Below, one piece after another: positions 45,662 through 55,865 of a stretch of DNA of 64,000 nt; positions within the stretch are counted from its first letter, which is position 1, and every line of letters begins with the position of its first letter. The stretch is from an uncultured Planctomycetales bacterium (GTDB lineage: Bacteria > Omnitrophota > Gorgyraeia > Zapsychrales > JAHFFX01). Made by a program: the position numbers and the translations under genes. A model generated the notes under the pieces. It worked only from the letters and a program-made list of their open reading frames with translations. It was not told the DNA's origin and searched no databases. The stretch covers positions 11,329 to 75,328 of the forward strand of contig CAYJRN010000005.1 of NCBI GenBank assembly GCA_964372915.1. Direction: 5' to 3'.

Positions 45662-46410
45662 GGCAACTTATACCCATATTTTTTAAAAATTTCCTGCGCT
45701 TGGGGAAAAAAAAGAAAATCATAAAACGCCTTCGCCTCTGGAAGGTTCTCTTTTTCGGCATGCTTTAAAATAACCACTGCCTGCGCAATGGGGTCATAGG
45801 TCCTGGCGTCCACCTCAACCCATCGGCCTTTTTCTTTTAAGTGAGGCGCCAGCACGACCGATTTCGCGGTAAACCCCACATCCACCGCTTCTGTGGCGAT
45901 AAATTGATTCACCTGGGCGAGACTTTCGCCATAAACCAATTTGGACTGAACGTCCTTGTACACATGAGCGTGCTCAAGGGCGTTAAGCGCCTGACGCCCA
46001 TAAGGAGCGGTTTTAGGATTGGCAATGGCAACCTTCTTGATGGAAGGACTCGCGATAACCGTCAAACCTCTTGAAAGATCAATGCCTTGAAACGTCCACA
46101 GAACCAAAGCACCGTACGCATAAATCTTGGGCCGCTCATAAGCCAGGCCTTTCTTATCTAAAGCTTCCGGATACTCCACATCAGCAGAGATAAAAACATC
46201 GAAAGGCGCGCCGTTTTCGATTTGCGCCGTCAATTTTCCCGACGAGCCGATAATCGTTCGGAGTTTTATCCTCGTGTCCTTTTCAAATTCCGCTTTCAAT
46301 TCCTCCAACGCGTACTGAACATTGGCGGCCGCGGCCACCGTGATTTGCTGGGCAAACGTGAATGGCGGGAACAATAAAAAGAACATAAACGCCGGTAAGA
46401 TTTTCTTCAT
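45658..46410 (-). CDS. modA: molybdate ABC transporter substrate-binding protein
   Basis: 250 aa; signal peptide, ModA fold motifs (AAANVQYA, SSGKLTAQIENGAPFDVFISA). Confidence 0.9.
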   Translation of the reverse strand: MKKILPAFMFFLLFPPFTFAQQITVAAAANVQYALEELKAEFEKDTRIKLRTIIGSSGKLTAQIENGAPFDVFISADVEYPEALDKKGLAYERPKIYAYGALVLWTFQGIDLSRGLTVIASPSIKKVAIANPKTAPYGRQALNALEHAHVYKDVQSKLVYGESLAQVNQFIATEAVDVGFTAKSVVLAPHLKEKGRWVEVDARTYDPIAQAVVILKHAEKENLPEAKAFYDFLFFPQAQEIFKKYGYKLP

Positions 46411-46430
46411 ATTTCACGGGCCCGCTGCTG

Positions 46431-46628
46431 CTAAACCTTTTTGCCGCCGATTAAAAAGCCCCAAACACTTAAAAGTCCTGACGCCGCCAAACCCACCCAC
46501 GACGCCCACAAGGGCACTGTCCATGGGCCTAGGACAACGGTCCACTGATTCATAATTCTTAAAAAATGCATCAAAGCCACCACCGCAAAAATCATACCGG
46601 AGATAAGACCATAAACGCGATCATTCAT
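46431..46628 (-). CDS. hypothetical small membrane protein (2 TM)
   Basis: 65 aa hydrophobic; upstream of modA. Confidence 0.4.
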   Translation of the reverse strand: MNDRVYGLISGMIFAVVALMHFLRIMNQWTVVLGPWTVPLWASWVGLAASGLLSVWGFLIGGKKV

Positions 46629-46655
46629 AAAAACCCCCTCTTTCTCTTCACTGTA

Positions 46656-46730
46656 CTGGTTGCCTCGCCTGGAATCGAACCAGGATTGACAGATCCAGAG
46701 TCTGCTGTCCTACCAATTAGACGACAAGGC
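46656..46730 (-). tRNA. tRNA-Gln (anticodon CUG)
   Basis: Hand-folded cloverleaf: U1-A72 acceptor pair, D-arm GTCT/AATTGGTA/GGAC, anticodon loop CTCTGGA, T-loop TTCGATT, CCA encoded. Confidence 0.8.
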
Positions 46731-46809
46731 AATACGTCCACAATATTTATCCAGAAAGGTATTGCCCAGCCCCCACGTGTTTAAATTTCTGGGGGCAGGG
46801 CCATTATTC

Positions 46810-48207
46810 TTAAACCCCTCCTTCTCCTTGGTTGAAGGCTTCTGAAAGCCGTTGGATCGTCTTGTCTTTTCCCAGAATCGCCATCGTCTCAAAAAGTCCT
46901 GGCCCAACGGCCTTGCCGGTCAAGGCCACGCGCACCGGGTGAACAAGTTCAGCGGCCCCAATCCCCAATTCAGCGACGAGGCTCCTAAATACCTCTTCGG
47001 CAGTCGCCGCGCTAAAACTCTCGATGCCTTTAAGCCTCCCGGCTAAAAGATGAAATTCTTTGGACTTATCTTGCGTCAAATACTGCGCCCGGGCCGCCGG
47101 ATCAATGTTCACACGATCCACAAAAACAAAATCGGCCCAATCCAGAAAATCACAAAGTGTGGCCAGCCGACCTTTGAACAAGTTTACAATATTTTCTAAA
47201 CCCTGCCTATCAAAATTCTCGTCAACAAAACCTTTTTCTTTAAGAAAAGGCACAAGCAGAGTCGTAAGCGTGGCTGTATCCGTTTTCTTGATATACTGGG
47301 AATTGATCCATTCGAGCTTCTCCATCGAAAAAGCCGCTCCCGCCTTATTGATTTTCTTAATCGAAAAATTTTTGACGGCGGCATCGAGCTTCACGATTTC
47401 CTGGTTGCTGCCCGGCGACCAACCCAAAAGCATCAGATAGTTCACGAGCGCCTCGGACAAAAATCCCATCCGTTGGTATTCGCTCACGGCCACCGCCCCA
47501 TGGCGTTTGGACAACCGCCCTCCCTCTTCTCCCATAATGAGAGGTAAATGGGCGAATTTCGGCGGATTCAACCCCAACGAATAATAAATGGCCAACTGCT
47601 TAGGGGTATTGGAAATGTGGTCTTCGCCGCGAATAACGCAAGAGATGTTCATCAAGGCATCGTCCACCACGCAACAAAAATTATAGGCCGGGGACCCGTC
47701 GGATTTGATGAGGACCTGGTCTTTGATTTCGGAAGAATCAAACTGGATGTCGCCGCGGATAAGATCTGTGAACTTAAGAGGCCCGCCATCCCGCTGAAGG
47801 CGGGATGGCGGGGTCTCGCCCCGACGCAATGTCGGGGCGGACATTTTAAGAATAATGGCTTCTCCGTCTTTATAGGCCTTGCCCTCGGCCAACAATTTTT
47901 GGGCATGCTCCCGATAGATGGAAAAACGCTCGCTTTGCTTATACAATTCATCCCACTTGAGGCCCAACCACTCCATGCTGTCGAGGATTTCGTCGTAATA
48001 CTTTTTCTCGGAGCGCGTCCTATCCGTGTCCTCAATGCGCAGAATGAACTGCCCACCCTGCGAACGCGCGTACATCCAATTAAAAAGCGCCGTGCGCGCC
48101 CCGCCGATATGTAAATACCCCGTCGGACTGGGAGCGAATCTAACTCTGACCATAAGATAATCCTCTAAAATGAATTCAGTTTGGAGATTGGTGGCGCGGG
48201 GATTCAA
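46810..48207 (-). CDS. gltX: glutamyl-tRNA synthetase
   Basis: 465 aa; class I HIGH (PSPTGYLHIGGART) and KMSKS-like (LSKRHG) motifs. Confidence 0.9.
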   Translation of the reverse strand: MNPRATNLQTEFILEDYLMVRVRFAPSPTGYLHIGGARTALFNWMYARSQGGQFILRIEDTDRTRSEKKYYDEILDSMEWLGLKWDELYKQSERFSIYREHAQKLLAEGKAYKDGEAIILKMSAPTLRRGETPPSRLQRDGGPLKFTDLIRGDIQFDSSEIKDQVLIKSDGSPAYNFCCVVDDALMNISCVIRGEDHISNTPKQLAIYYSLGLNPPKFAHLPLIMGEEGGRLSKRHGAVAVSEYQRMGFLSEALVNYLMLLGWSPGSNQEIVKLDAAVKNFSIKKINKAGAAFSMEKLEWINSQYIKKTDTATLTTLLVPFLKEKGFVDENFDRQGLENIVNLFKGRLATLCDFLDWADFVFVDRVNIDPAARAQYLTQDKSKEFHLLAGRLKGIESFSAATAEEVFRSLVAELGIGAAELVHPVRVALTGKAVGPGLFETMAILGKDKTIQRLSEAFNQGEGGV

Positions 48208-48599
48208 CTGTTGGTATAGGGGACTTCCTTGCCTTGCCGGACAAGTCTCTTCACGATATCATCCAGCCGTCTTTGATCGGAATCTTCGATGTGCAAAAAT
48301 TCGATACCGATATCATAAAAGAGAGGCTTCTTTTTCTCATCGGCGCTGCGCTGGATAACCCAGGCAATCTTTCCACGGCATTTAAGATGGTTACCGGTAT
48401 CCAAAAGATCGATTTCAATGGTCAAGGGCATAAAAGTCTTGAAATCCCGATTCAGGACAACACCTACACCGCCAATGCCGATATTTTCCGTATGGGTCAG
48501 GATGACGTTGGGCTCGCCGTTTTCGTGGTGAACCGTAATCAAGCATGGATAGCTGACCCTGGGAAACTTTCTTCTATTGATCCCATCCCAATGTTTCAT
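48204..48599 (-). CDS. PilZ domain protein (putative c-di-GMP receptor)
   Basis: 131 aa; RRKFPR and ENIGIGG (D/NxSxxG-like) PilZ motifs. Confidence 0.65.
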   Translation of the reverse strand: MKHWDGINRRKFPRVSYPCLITVHHENGEPNVILTHTENIGIGGVGVVLNRDFKTFMPLTIEIDLLDTGNHLKCRGKIAWVIQRSADEKKKPLFYDIGIEFLHIEDSDQRRLDDIVKRLVRQGKEVPYTNS

Positions 48600-49381
48600 G
48601 CGAGCCTCCTTTGAATCCTCAAAATACTTTTGGCCTTGCCGGTCATCGCGTCGATATCCACGACGACTCCATTAAGCCGCACGTCTTCCGTGGCCACTTC
48701 GAATTTTGTGGGCACCACCTGGATAAACCGCTTGATGATCGCCTCTTTGTTTTGGCCGATCACCGAATCGTGCGGGCCCGTCATTCCCATATCCGTAATA
48801 TAAGCGGTCCCCCGCGAAAGGATCGTTTCGTCCGCCGTCGGAACGTGCGTGTGCGTTCCAACGACCGCCGACACTTGCCCGTCGATAAATAAGCCTATGG
48901 CGACCTTTTCGCTGGTGGCCTCCGCGTGCATATCGACCACGATATTGGGAGTGTGTTTCCTCATCTCTTCAACAAGCTTTTTAAGTTCCCGAAAAGGACA
49001 ATTCACATTATAGCGCATAAAAACACGGCCTAAAAGATTTATCACGCCAATTTTTTCTCCCGCAGGGGTGTCGAAAAGACACCAGCCTTTGCCCGGGGCT
49101 TCGGCAGGAAAATTAGCGGGCCGAATGATATTTTTATGCTCATTGAGAAAGGGCGCAATCTCTCCTTTGTCCCACACGTGGTCCCCTAACGTCAAGACAT
49201 CGCACCCCAGAGAAAAAAGCTCTTCGGCGATGCGCGAGGTAATGCCCGCTCCCCCCGCCGAATTTTCCCCATTGGCGACCGTACAGTCAATGGAGAATTC
49301 CCTTTTGAGTCCCGGCAAAAGAGCTTCCAAGGCATCGCGCCCGGGACGGCCAACGATATCACCGACGCATAAAATTTTCAT
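48596..49381 (-). CDS. ymdB: YmdB-family metallophosphoesterase (2',3'-cyclic-nucleotide phosphodiesterase)
   Basis: 261 aa; MKILCVGDIVGRPGR, GNHE-like metal-binding motifs; follows rny as in Bacillus. Confidence 0.85.
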   Translation of the reverse strand: MKILCVGDIVGRPGRDALEALLPGLKREFSIDCTVANGENSAGGAGITSRIAEELFSLGCDVLTLGDHVWDKGEIAPFLNEHKNIIRPANFPAEAPGKGWCLFDTPAGEKIGVINLLGRVFMRYNVNCPFRELKKLVEEMRKHTPNIVVDMHAEATSEKVAIGLFIDGQVSAVVGTHTHVPTADETILSRGTAYITDMGMTGPHDSVIGQNKEAIIKRFIQVVPTKFEVATEDVRLNGVVVDIDAMTGKAKSILRIQRRLA

Positions 49382-49474
49382 AAGTTAGGGTGAATGAATT
49401 TTAAAAAAATAAAAAGCAATACAAGTATAACATACCCCGCGGGCGGCCCCAAAGGGGCCGCCCGCAAACAATCA

Positions 49475-51085
49475 TTACTTTGCGTACTCAATCGCGCGTG
49501 TTTCCCGGACGACCAAAACCTTGATATGCCCGGGATATTCCATCTCTTCTTCGATTTTTTTACGAATATCTCTGGCCATCACAATGGCTTCATCATCGTT
49601 GATCTTCCCCGGATCGACGATGATCCTCATTTCACGCCCGGCCTGCAAGGCAAAAGCTTTTTCAACGCCTTTAAACGAATGGGCGATCGTTTCGAGGCTT
49701 TCCAAGCGCTTGACATAGGTTTCCAGTGTCTCGGCCCTCGCCCCGGGACGGGCAGCGCTGATGGCATCGGCCGCGCAGACCAAGACCCCATAAATAGTAT
49801 TCATCGCCACTTCTTCATGGTGCGATTCAACGGCCCGGGCAACCTCCTCCAGCTCGCCGAATTTGCGGCAGAGATTCCCTCCGACGATGGCGTGCGTGCC
49901 TTCTTCCTGTTCCTGGCTCACCACCTTGCCGATGTCATGCAAAAGCCCGGCACGAACGGCAATCTTCACATCCAACCCCAGCTGCCCGGCCATGAAACCC
50001 ATGAGCTGCGCCACTTCTTTGGTGTGCTGAAGGGCATTCTGGCCAAAACTCGTGCGGAACTTAAGTTTCCCCAGAAGCTTCAGAAGTTCCGGATGCATAT
50101 TGTGAACGCCCAGATCGAAGGCCGCGCGCTCTCCTTCCTCTTTGATCCGGTTCTCCATTTCTTTTTTAGCCTTCTCCACCACCTCTTCAATACGCCCGGG
50201 ATGAATCCGCCCGTCGGCAACCAAATATTCCAGGGCCATCTTGGCGATTTCGCGACGAACCATATCAAAGCCGGAAATGGTCACCGCCTCCGGCGTGTCG
50301 TCGATAATAATGTCGACGCCAGTGGCGGTCTCCAGCGCCCGGATATTGCGCCCTTCGCGGCCGATAATGCGCCCCTTCATTTCGTCGCTGGGCAAGGTCA
50401 CGACGCTCACGGTTGTTTCCGCCGTGTGATCGGAGGCGCAGCGCTGAATCGCGGTGCTGATAACCTGCCGGGCCTTTTTATCGGCGGAATCCTTGATCTC
50501 TTCCTCCGCGCGTCGAATGCGCGTCGCTTTCTCTTCCACCAATTCCTGATCCAGCATGGACAACAATAACTTTTTCCCCTCCTCCGGCGTTAAAGAAGAG
50601 ATCGTTTGCAGTTTTTGTTTTTGATCTACCAATAATTTTTCCAACTGTTCATTCTTCTGCTTGATGCTTGTCTCTTCGTCTCGCAAAGTATTCAAACGCT
50701 GATTGATATCTTTTTCCTTTTTATCCAAAAGATCCAAACGCTTCTCGACATTCTCTTCCTTTTGCTGAATTCTTTTCTCCGACGCCAAAACCTCTTCGCG
50801 GCGGTCTTTGGTCTCCTTTTCAAAGTCCTGTCTTAGCTTGATCAAAAGATCCTTGCCCGCGAGCTCGGCTTCTTTGCGGCGGGTTTCGATCTCGCGTTCC
50901 ACCGAACCCTTAAGCTCCCGGGCGTGTTTTTCCGCTTCTCTAATTTGCCGGGACGAAAAAAACCAGCGTAACAGATACCCGGAAAGAATCAAACCAATGG
51001 CTGAAAACGTGTACAACACACTTTTAAACATCACTCCCGAATCATCGAACATGGCCCCTCGCTCCTTCTGTATGGATAAAGACAA
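49475..51085 (-). CDS. rny: ribonuclease Y
   Basis: 536 aa; N-terminal TM plus coiled coil, KH domain ([13 protein letters not shown]), HD domain (LLHDIGK). Confidence 0.92.
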   Translation of the reverse strand: MSLSIQKERGAMFDDSGVMFKSVLYTFSAIGLILSGYLLRWFFSSRQIREAEKHARELKGSVEREIETRRKEAELAGKDLLIKLRQDFEKETKDRREEVLASEKRIQQKEENVEKRLDLLDKKEKDINQRLNTLRDEETSIKQKNEQLEKLLVDQKQKLQTISSLTPEEGKKLLLSMLDQELVEEKATRIRRAEEEIKDSADKKARQVISTAIQRCASDHTAETTVSVVTLPSDEMKGRIIGREGRNIRALETATGVDIIIDDTPEAVTISGFDMVRREIAKMALEYLVADGRIHPGRIEEVVEKAKKEMENRIKEEGERAAFDLGVHNMHPELLKLLGKLKFRTSFGQNALQHTKEVAQLMGFMAGQLGLDVKIAVRAGLLHDIGKVVSQEQEEGTHAIVGGNLCRKFGELEEVARAVESHHEEVAMNTIYGVLVCAADAISAARPGARAETLETYVKRLESLETIAHSFKGVEKAFALQAGREMRIIVDPGKINDDEAIVMARDIRKKIEEEMEYPGHIKVLVVRETRAIEYAK

Positions 51086-51293
51086 AAAAACCGATTGAGT
51101 GTCGGAAAAATTTCTGTCACGTTGTTTTTAACCGCTCGGGATTTTTAGACCACCTTCCCCGAGTGGTCATCCTGTCCGCCCCGGCAAGCGCAAGCGGCGG
51201 GCCGGGGAAACCCGAAGAATGAAGGATCTCTAAAAAAGAGATCCTTCGCTTCGCTCAGGATGAGCCCGCTCAATAAAAATTATTTTAATGGGC

Positions 51294-51833
51294 TCAGTTG
51301 GCGATAACGAGGGAAACCGGAATATCGTGATGAGACAACTGCGGCAGGCGGTCAACGATTTGGAAGTCAAATGCCAGACCAATAGTAGGAAGGGTTGCCG
51401 GGATCTCGCTTAAGAAGCGATCATAGTATCCCCCGCCGCGGCCGAGACGGTTGTTTCCTCTGTCAAAGGCAACGGCAGGGACGATCACAAGATCCAACTG
51501 GCTAGAATCCAGATAAGCGCCCGGACTCCCGTGAGGTTCTTTGATGCCGTAAGGCCCTTCCTTCAATTGATCCAATTGTTCAACATAAGCAGGAACGATT
51601 GCTTTTGGATTCTTAACAATGGCTGGCAATGCGATTTTTTTTCCAAGTTTTTGTGCCTGTTTCATCATCTCAATGGTCTCAACCTCCCCATCAAAGGAAG
51701 CGTAAAACATGACGGTTTGGGAACGCTTAAACTCCGGTGTCGTAAAAAGCCTCTGTTGAATCAAACGGCTTTTGCTGATCCTTTCTTCCTCCTTTTGGTT
51801 CCGTAAAAGATTTAATAATCTTTTTCTGAGCAT
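51294..51833 (-). CDS. ygfA: 5-formyltetrahydrofolate cyclo-ligase
   Basis: MTHFS motifs (GRGGGYYDRFL). Start chosen at MLRKRLLNL; the ORF track extends to 51944. Confidence 0.8.
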   Translation of the reverse strand: MLRKRLLNLLRNQKEEERISKSRLIQQRLFTTPEFKRSQTVMFYASFDGEVETIEMMKQAQKLGKKIALPAIVKNPKAIVPAYVEQLDQLKEGPYGIKEPHGSPGAYLDSSQLDLVIVPAVAFDRGNNRLGRGGGYYDRFLSEIPATLPTIGLAFDFQIVDRLPQLSHHDIPVSLVIAN

Positions 51834-51953
51834 TGCTTTAGTTTCGGTTTGCACGTGACGAATACGAATTTGAAGCTTGTTTGAATGGAGCTGACGTCCT
51901 GATAAAACCGCTTTTATTTTAACATTTTTAAAAAAATTATACAACCTTTAGTC

Positions 51954-53300
51954 TTAAAGGGGTATTCGCCCCTTCTGATAATGATCTTTAATAATTTTTT
52001 CGTATCCCTGATCCGTGGGCTTGTAATACGTCTTGTCCTGCGGCAGATATTCCTGTTCCACGTAATGGTCCTTGTACTCGTGGGCATACTTATAGCCTTC
52101 CCCGTGACCCAAGCGTTTCGATCCCGAATACGCCGTGCTCTTGAGGGCCTTGGGAACCGATTGGGTCTTTTGGTTCTTCACATCCGCCAGCGCCGCTTCA
52201 ATACCAAGGTAGGCGGCGTTGGACTTAGGGGCGCAGGCCACATAAACGGCGGCCTGCGCCAAAGGAATCCTGGCCTCCGGAAGACCGATGAATTCGGCCA
52301 CTTGCATTGCGGCGTTCGCTATCACCAGCGCCTGCGGATCGGCGTTGCCCACATCTTCAGCCGCGCAGATGCAGATGCGGCGCGCGATGAAACGCGGGTC
52401 TTCTCCCGCGTAAATCATTTTGGCCATCCAATAAAGCGCCGCGTCCGGGTCTGAGCCGCGCATCGATTTGATGAACGCCGAAATAGTGTCGTAGTGCGCG
52501 TCGCCGTCTTTGTCGTAAACCACCTGTTTCTTCTGGATCGATTCTTGAGCCACCGACACGCTAAAGTGGATGACCCCCGCGCCATTGGGCGGTGTCGTCA
52601 GGCAGCCCACCTCCAAAGCATTCAAGGCTTTTCTCGCATCACCGTCGGAAATTTCCGATAAGAATTTAAGCGCCTCTTCGTCGGCCTTGATGTTCATCGC
52701 CCCGAGTCCGCGCTCCTTGTCGGCAAGCGCTCGCTCAAGGATCAACAAAAGTTCCTCCGGGTAAAGCGGCTGCAATTCGAAAATGAGTGACCGCGACAAG
52801 AGCGGGCCCGTCAAGGCAAAAAATGGATTGAACACCGTGGCGCCGATAAGAACGACGTTACCTTCTTCCAGATCGGGCATGAGAATGTCCTGCTGCGCTT
52901 TGTTGAAACGGTGAATCTCGTCGATGAAAAAAATGGTTTTCTTGCCGGAGATTCTGCGGCGATTCTGCGCGCCGGCCAAAACTTTGCGCATTTCCTCGAC
53001 GTTGGAGGCAACGGCGTTGATCCGTTCAAACGTAGCCTTGGTCTTTTGACTGATGCAGTGTGCCAGCGTCGTTTTCCCCGTGCCTGGCGGCCCGTAAAGA
53101 ATAAGAGAAGCCAGGCGGTCCGATTCAATGGCGCGCGTCAACAGTTTGCCCGGCCCCAGGATATGTTTTTGTCCCACGTATTCTTCGAGCGTTTTGGGAC
53201 GCAAGCGGGCGCTTAAGGGAGAATCTTTTAAGAGTTGTTCTTCGGGCTGGGAAAACAGAAGCGGATCGTTTGATTGCGTTGGTATCTGGTTCTTTTTCAT
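51954..53300 (-). CDS. rarA: replication-associated recombination protein A (AAA+ ATPase)
   Basis: 448 aa; Walker A GPPGTGKTT, MgsA C-terminal domains. Confidence 0.9.
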   Translation of the reverse strand: MKKNQIPTQSNDPLLFSQPEEQLLKDSPLSARLRPKTLEEYVGQKHILGPGKLLTRAIESDRLASLILYGPPGTGKTTLAHCISQKTKATFERINAVASNVEEMRKVLAGAQNRRRISGKKTIFFIDEIHRFNKAQQDILMPDLEEGNVVLIGATVFNPFFALTGPLLSRSLIFELQPLYPEELLLILERALADKERGLGAMNIKADEEALKFLSEISDGDARKALNALEVGCLTTPPNGAGVIHFSVSVAQESIQKKQVVYDKDGDAHYDTISAFIKSMRGSDPDAALYWMAKMIYAGEDPRFIARRICICAAEDVGNADPQALVIANAAMQVAEFIGLPEARIPLAQAAVYVACAPKSNAAYLGIEAALADVKNQKTQSVPKALKSTAYSGSKRLGHGEGYKYAHEYKDHYVEQEYLPQDKTYYKPTDQGYEKIIKDHYQKGRIPL

Positions 53301-53326
53301 GGCAGGACATGGCAGGAAAGGCCGTG

Positions 53327-53361
53327 ACCCCCTTCGGGGGTAATTCGGCCCGCGGCTTACG
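53327..53361 (-). repeat. REP-like dispersed element copy 2 (reverse orientation)
   Basis: ACCCCCTTCGGGGGTAATTCG...GGCTTACG; rarA-pheT spacer. Confidence 0.7.
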
Positions 53362-53735
53362 CTCGCTTTCTCCAGTCTACCGACAGGGGGGCTTGCGTAA
53401 GTCGCGGCCTCATTATAAATCCCCGCACATGCCGTCGGGCCTGAGTATGGTGAACCGATTCACCAAGTGGGAGCCCACGGAAGCGTCCACGGACGCCTCA
53501 CGATATTAACTCCCCAGCGTATTGTTAATGGTTCAATACATCGTGGCCCTAGCGCGCACAGCAGGGAGAGCTTCCTTAAATATTTTCCAGAAAGGCTCGA
53601 ACCAGTCCTTGACTTCCTTAAAACTTTCTTAAGAAAAGTCAAGGGCAGGGAAGAAATCTATTAAAATTATAACACAGTTGTAGAAATGATTCAAAAATTC
53701 AATCAAAGAAATTCAATCAAAGAGCTGTCCGGGGG

Positions 53736-55784
53736 CTACCGGCAAATGGCCCCCAGACGGTCGATCAAGGCCTGCGTGATCCGGGTGTGGACGCCCGTTA
53801 CCTCTTCTTCGCGCAGCGTCCGCGAGGCAGATTGGTACACTAAAGAAAAGATGATCCCTCGATGACCGGCAGGGATCTTATCGCCGATATATTCCTCAAT
53901 CAAGCGAATGGACGATAAAAATTCCGCGCCTTGCGCGCGCACGACGGCCTTGAGGGCATCGAAGGTCACGTGCTCCTTGACGGCCAGACTCACATCGCGC
54001 ACCACCGCCGGGAATTCGGGAATGGGAGCGAAACCTTTTATGGGCTGGGCTTGCTTAGAAATTTTTTCCAGATCCATTTGGGCGAAAAAAATATTTTTGA
54101 CGCGAATATCCCATTGATTCAGCACCTCCGTCGAAATTTTCCCCAGATACCCAACGGCATCATTCCCAATCTTCACAACACTTTGCGCGCCCTCGAAAAA
54201 CGGTTGTTCCGCGACAACAAATGAGACGTCGTAAACCCCTGCCTTTTCTAACACCCGCTCAACAACACCCTTGAGATCAAAAAAATCCACCTCTTCTTTG
54301 GGCATGCGGCGCCAATCACTCGAACGACCCCCCATCATCATAACGCCCAGAGCTTCTTTCTCTCCCGATGGCGTATAGATTTTGCTCGCTTCGAACAAAC
54401 GCAAATCTTTCTGCCCGCGGTTAAGATTAGAGAGAATCACCGGTAAAAAACTCGGCAGCAAAGCGGGGCGCAGGATCTCTTGGTCCTGACTTAAAGGATT
54501 TCGGATTTTGACCGCGTCTTTAAAAACCAGCTTAGTTTTATCCAGGCTTTTTTGATTGATGAGCGTGGTGGTCACCATCTCATCCAGGCCCAGGCTTATC
54601 AGGACAGCGGTGATGTCTTTTCGAAAGAGTCTTTTCTGTAAAACTGGAACACTGGAAACCCTGACCTGCGGCAGGCTCGCCGGCAAACGGTCATACCCGA
54701 CGACGCGCGCAATCTCCTCCACGATATCGGCTCCCATCTTGACGTCGGCACGCCCCAAAAATGGCATGACTTTCAAAACATCTTTCTTTGTGCTGACTTC
54801 AAATCCCAATTGACTCAAAATAGATTTGCATCGCAATAAAGATATCGCGATGCCGAGGCTCCCCTCGATGAATTTTTTCGTGATGACAATGGGCTGCTTG
54901 GAAAAAGTGGGCCTGGTTACGATCTTATCCGTGAAATTCTCAACGCTGCCGCCGGCCAAATCCAAAATCAAAAATAAGGCCCGCAGCGCGCCGGTCTTAA
55001 CCCCGTCAAAATTGACTCTACGCTCGAAACGGTACGAAGAATCGCTCGCCAGCCCTAGTTTGCGGCCCGCCAAACGGATCAAGGCCGGATCAAAGTAGGC
55101 GCTTTCAAGCAGAATATTTTTTGTGCGCGCCGTGACTTCCGTCTGTCTGCCGCCCATAATGCCGGCGATCGCCACCGGACGCTTTTCATCCGCAATCACC
55201 AGAATCGAGGAATCGAGCTTACGTTCTACGTCATCGATGGTGACGATGGTTTCGCCTGCCTTGGCCCGACGGACAACGACCTTGCCACCCATCAATTTGT
55301 CATAATCAAAGGCGTGTAACGGCTGACCCTGCTCCATTAAACAGAAATTGGTGATGTCGACGACATTGTTAATCGCGCGGCTGCCGATCGCCTGGAGATT
55401 TTTCTGAAAGACCTGGGAAGACTCTTTAATCGACACACCCTTCACGACAACGCCTAAATAACGCAAACACCCTTTTTTATCTTCAATGGTGATCTCTGTC
55501 TTCTGTTGAACTTTTTTGAGGTCTTTGACCTTGGGCGCCTTAAAGGATTTGTTTAAAACCGCCGCCGCCTCGCGGGCTATGCCAAGATAACTCAAACAAT
55601 CCGGGCGGTTAGGAGTCACCTCCACCTCCAACACTGTATCTGTGCCAACTTTGTGTTGTTTCTCAACGCCTAGGCCCGCCATAGTAAGAAGAGCGCTAAG
55701 CTTCTCAGGCGAAACTTTAATGTCAACGTAATTTTTCAACCAGTTAATGCTGATTTTCATCGCTTCCCCATACTGATACTGCAA
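53736..55784 (-). CDS. pheT: phenylalanine-tRNA ligase beta subunit
   Basis: 682 aa; B1/B3-4/B5 and catalytic-like domains; alternative start MKISINWL at 55760. Confidence 0.88.
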   Translation of the reverse strand: MQYQYGEAMKISINWLKNYVDIKVSPEKLSALLTMAGLGVEKQHKVGTDTVLEVEVTPNRPDCLSYLGIAREAAAVLNKSFKAPKVKDLKKVQQKTEITIEDKKGCLRYLGVVVKGVSIKESSQVFQKNLQAIGSRAINNVVDITNFCLMEQGQPLHAFDYDKLMGGKVVVRRAKAGETIVTIDDVERKLDSSILVIADEKRPVAIAGIMGGRQTEVTARTKNILLESAYFDPALIRLAGRKLGLASDSSYRFERRVNFDGVKTGALRALFLILDLAGGSVENFTDKIVTRPTFSKQPIVITKKFIEGSLGIAISLLRCKSILSQLGFEVSTKKDVLKVMPFLGRADVKMGADIVEEIARVVGYDRLPASLPQVRVSSVPVLQKRLFRKDITAVLISLGLDEMVTTTLINQKSLDKTKLVFKDAVKIRNPLSQDQEILRPALLPSFLPVILSNLNRGQKDLRLFEASKIYTPSGEKEALGVMMMGGRSSDWRRMPKEEVDFFDLKGVVERVLEKAGVYDVSFVVAEQPFFEGAQSVVKIGNDAVGYLGKISTEVLNQWDIRVKNIFFAQMDLEKISKQAQPIKGFAPIPEFPAVVRDVSLAVKEHVTFDALKAVVRAQGAEFLSSIRLIEEYIGDKIPAGHRGIIFSLVYQSASRTLREEEVTGVHTRITQALIDRLGAICR

Positions 55785-55789
55785 AATTC

Positions 55790-55828
55790 ATTACCCCCCT
55801 TCGGGGGTAATTCGTGCCGTCACTTATG
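55790..55828 (-). repeat. REP-like dispersed element copy 3 (reverse orientation)
   Basis: ATTACCCCCCTTCGGGGGTAATTCGTGCCGTCACTTATG; pheS-pheT spacer. Confidence 0.7.
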
Positions 55829-55865
55829 TTCGCTCATTTCATTCACTCCATAAGTGACGCACTCA

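Noticed and set aside
49394-50569. 391-aa plus-strand ORF
   Set aside because: Lies entirely antisense to rny (RNase Y), with biased low-complexity composition typical of reverse-strand shadows of a real gene; no recognisable domains.
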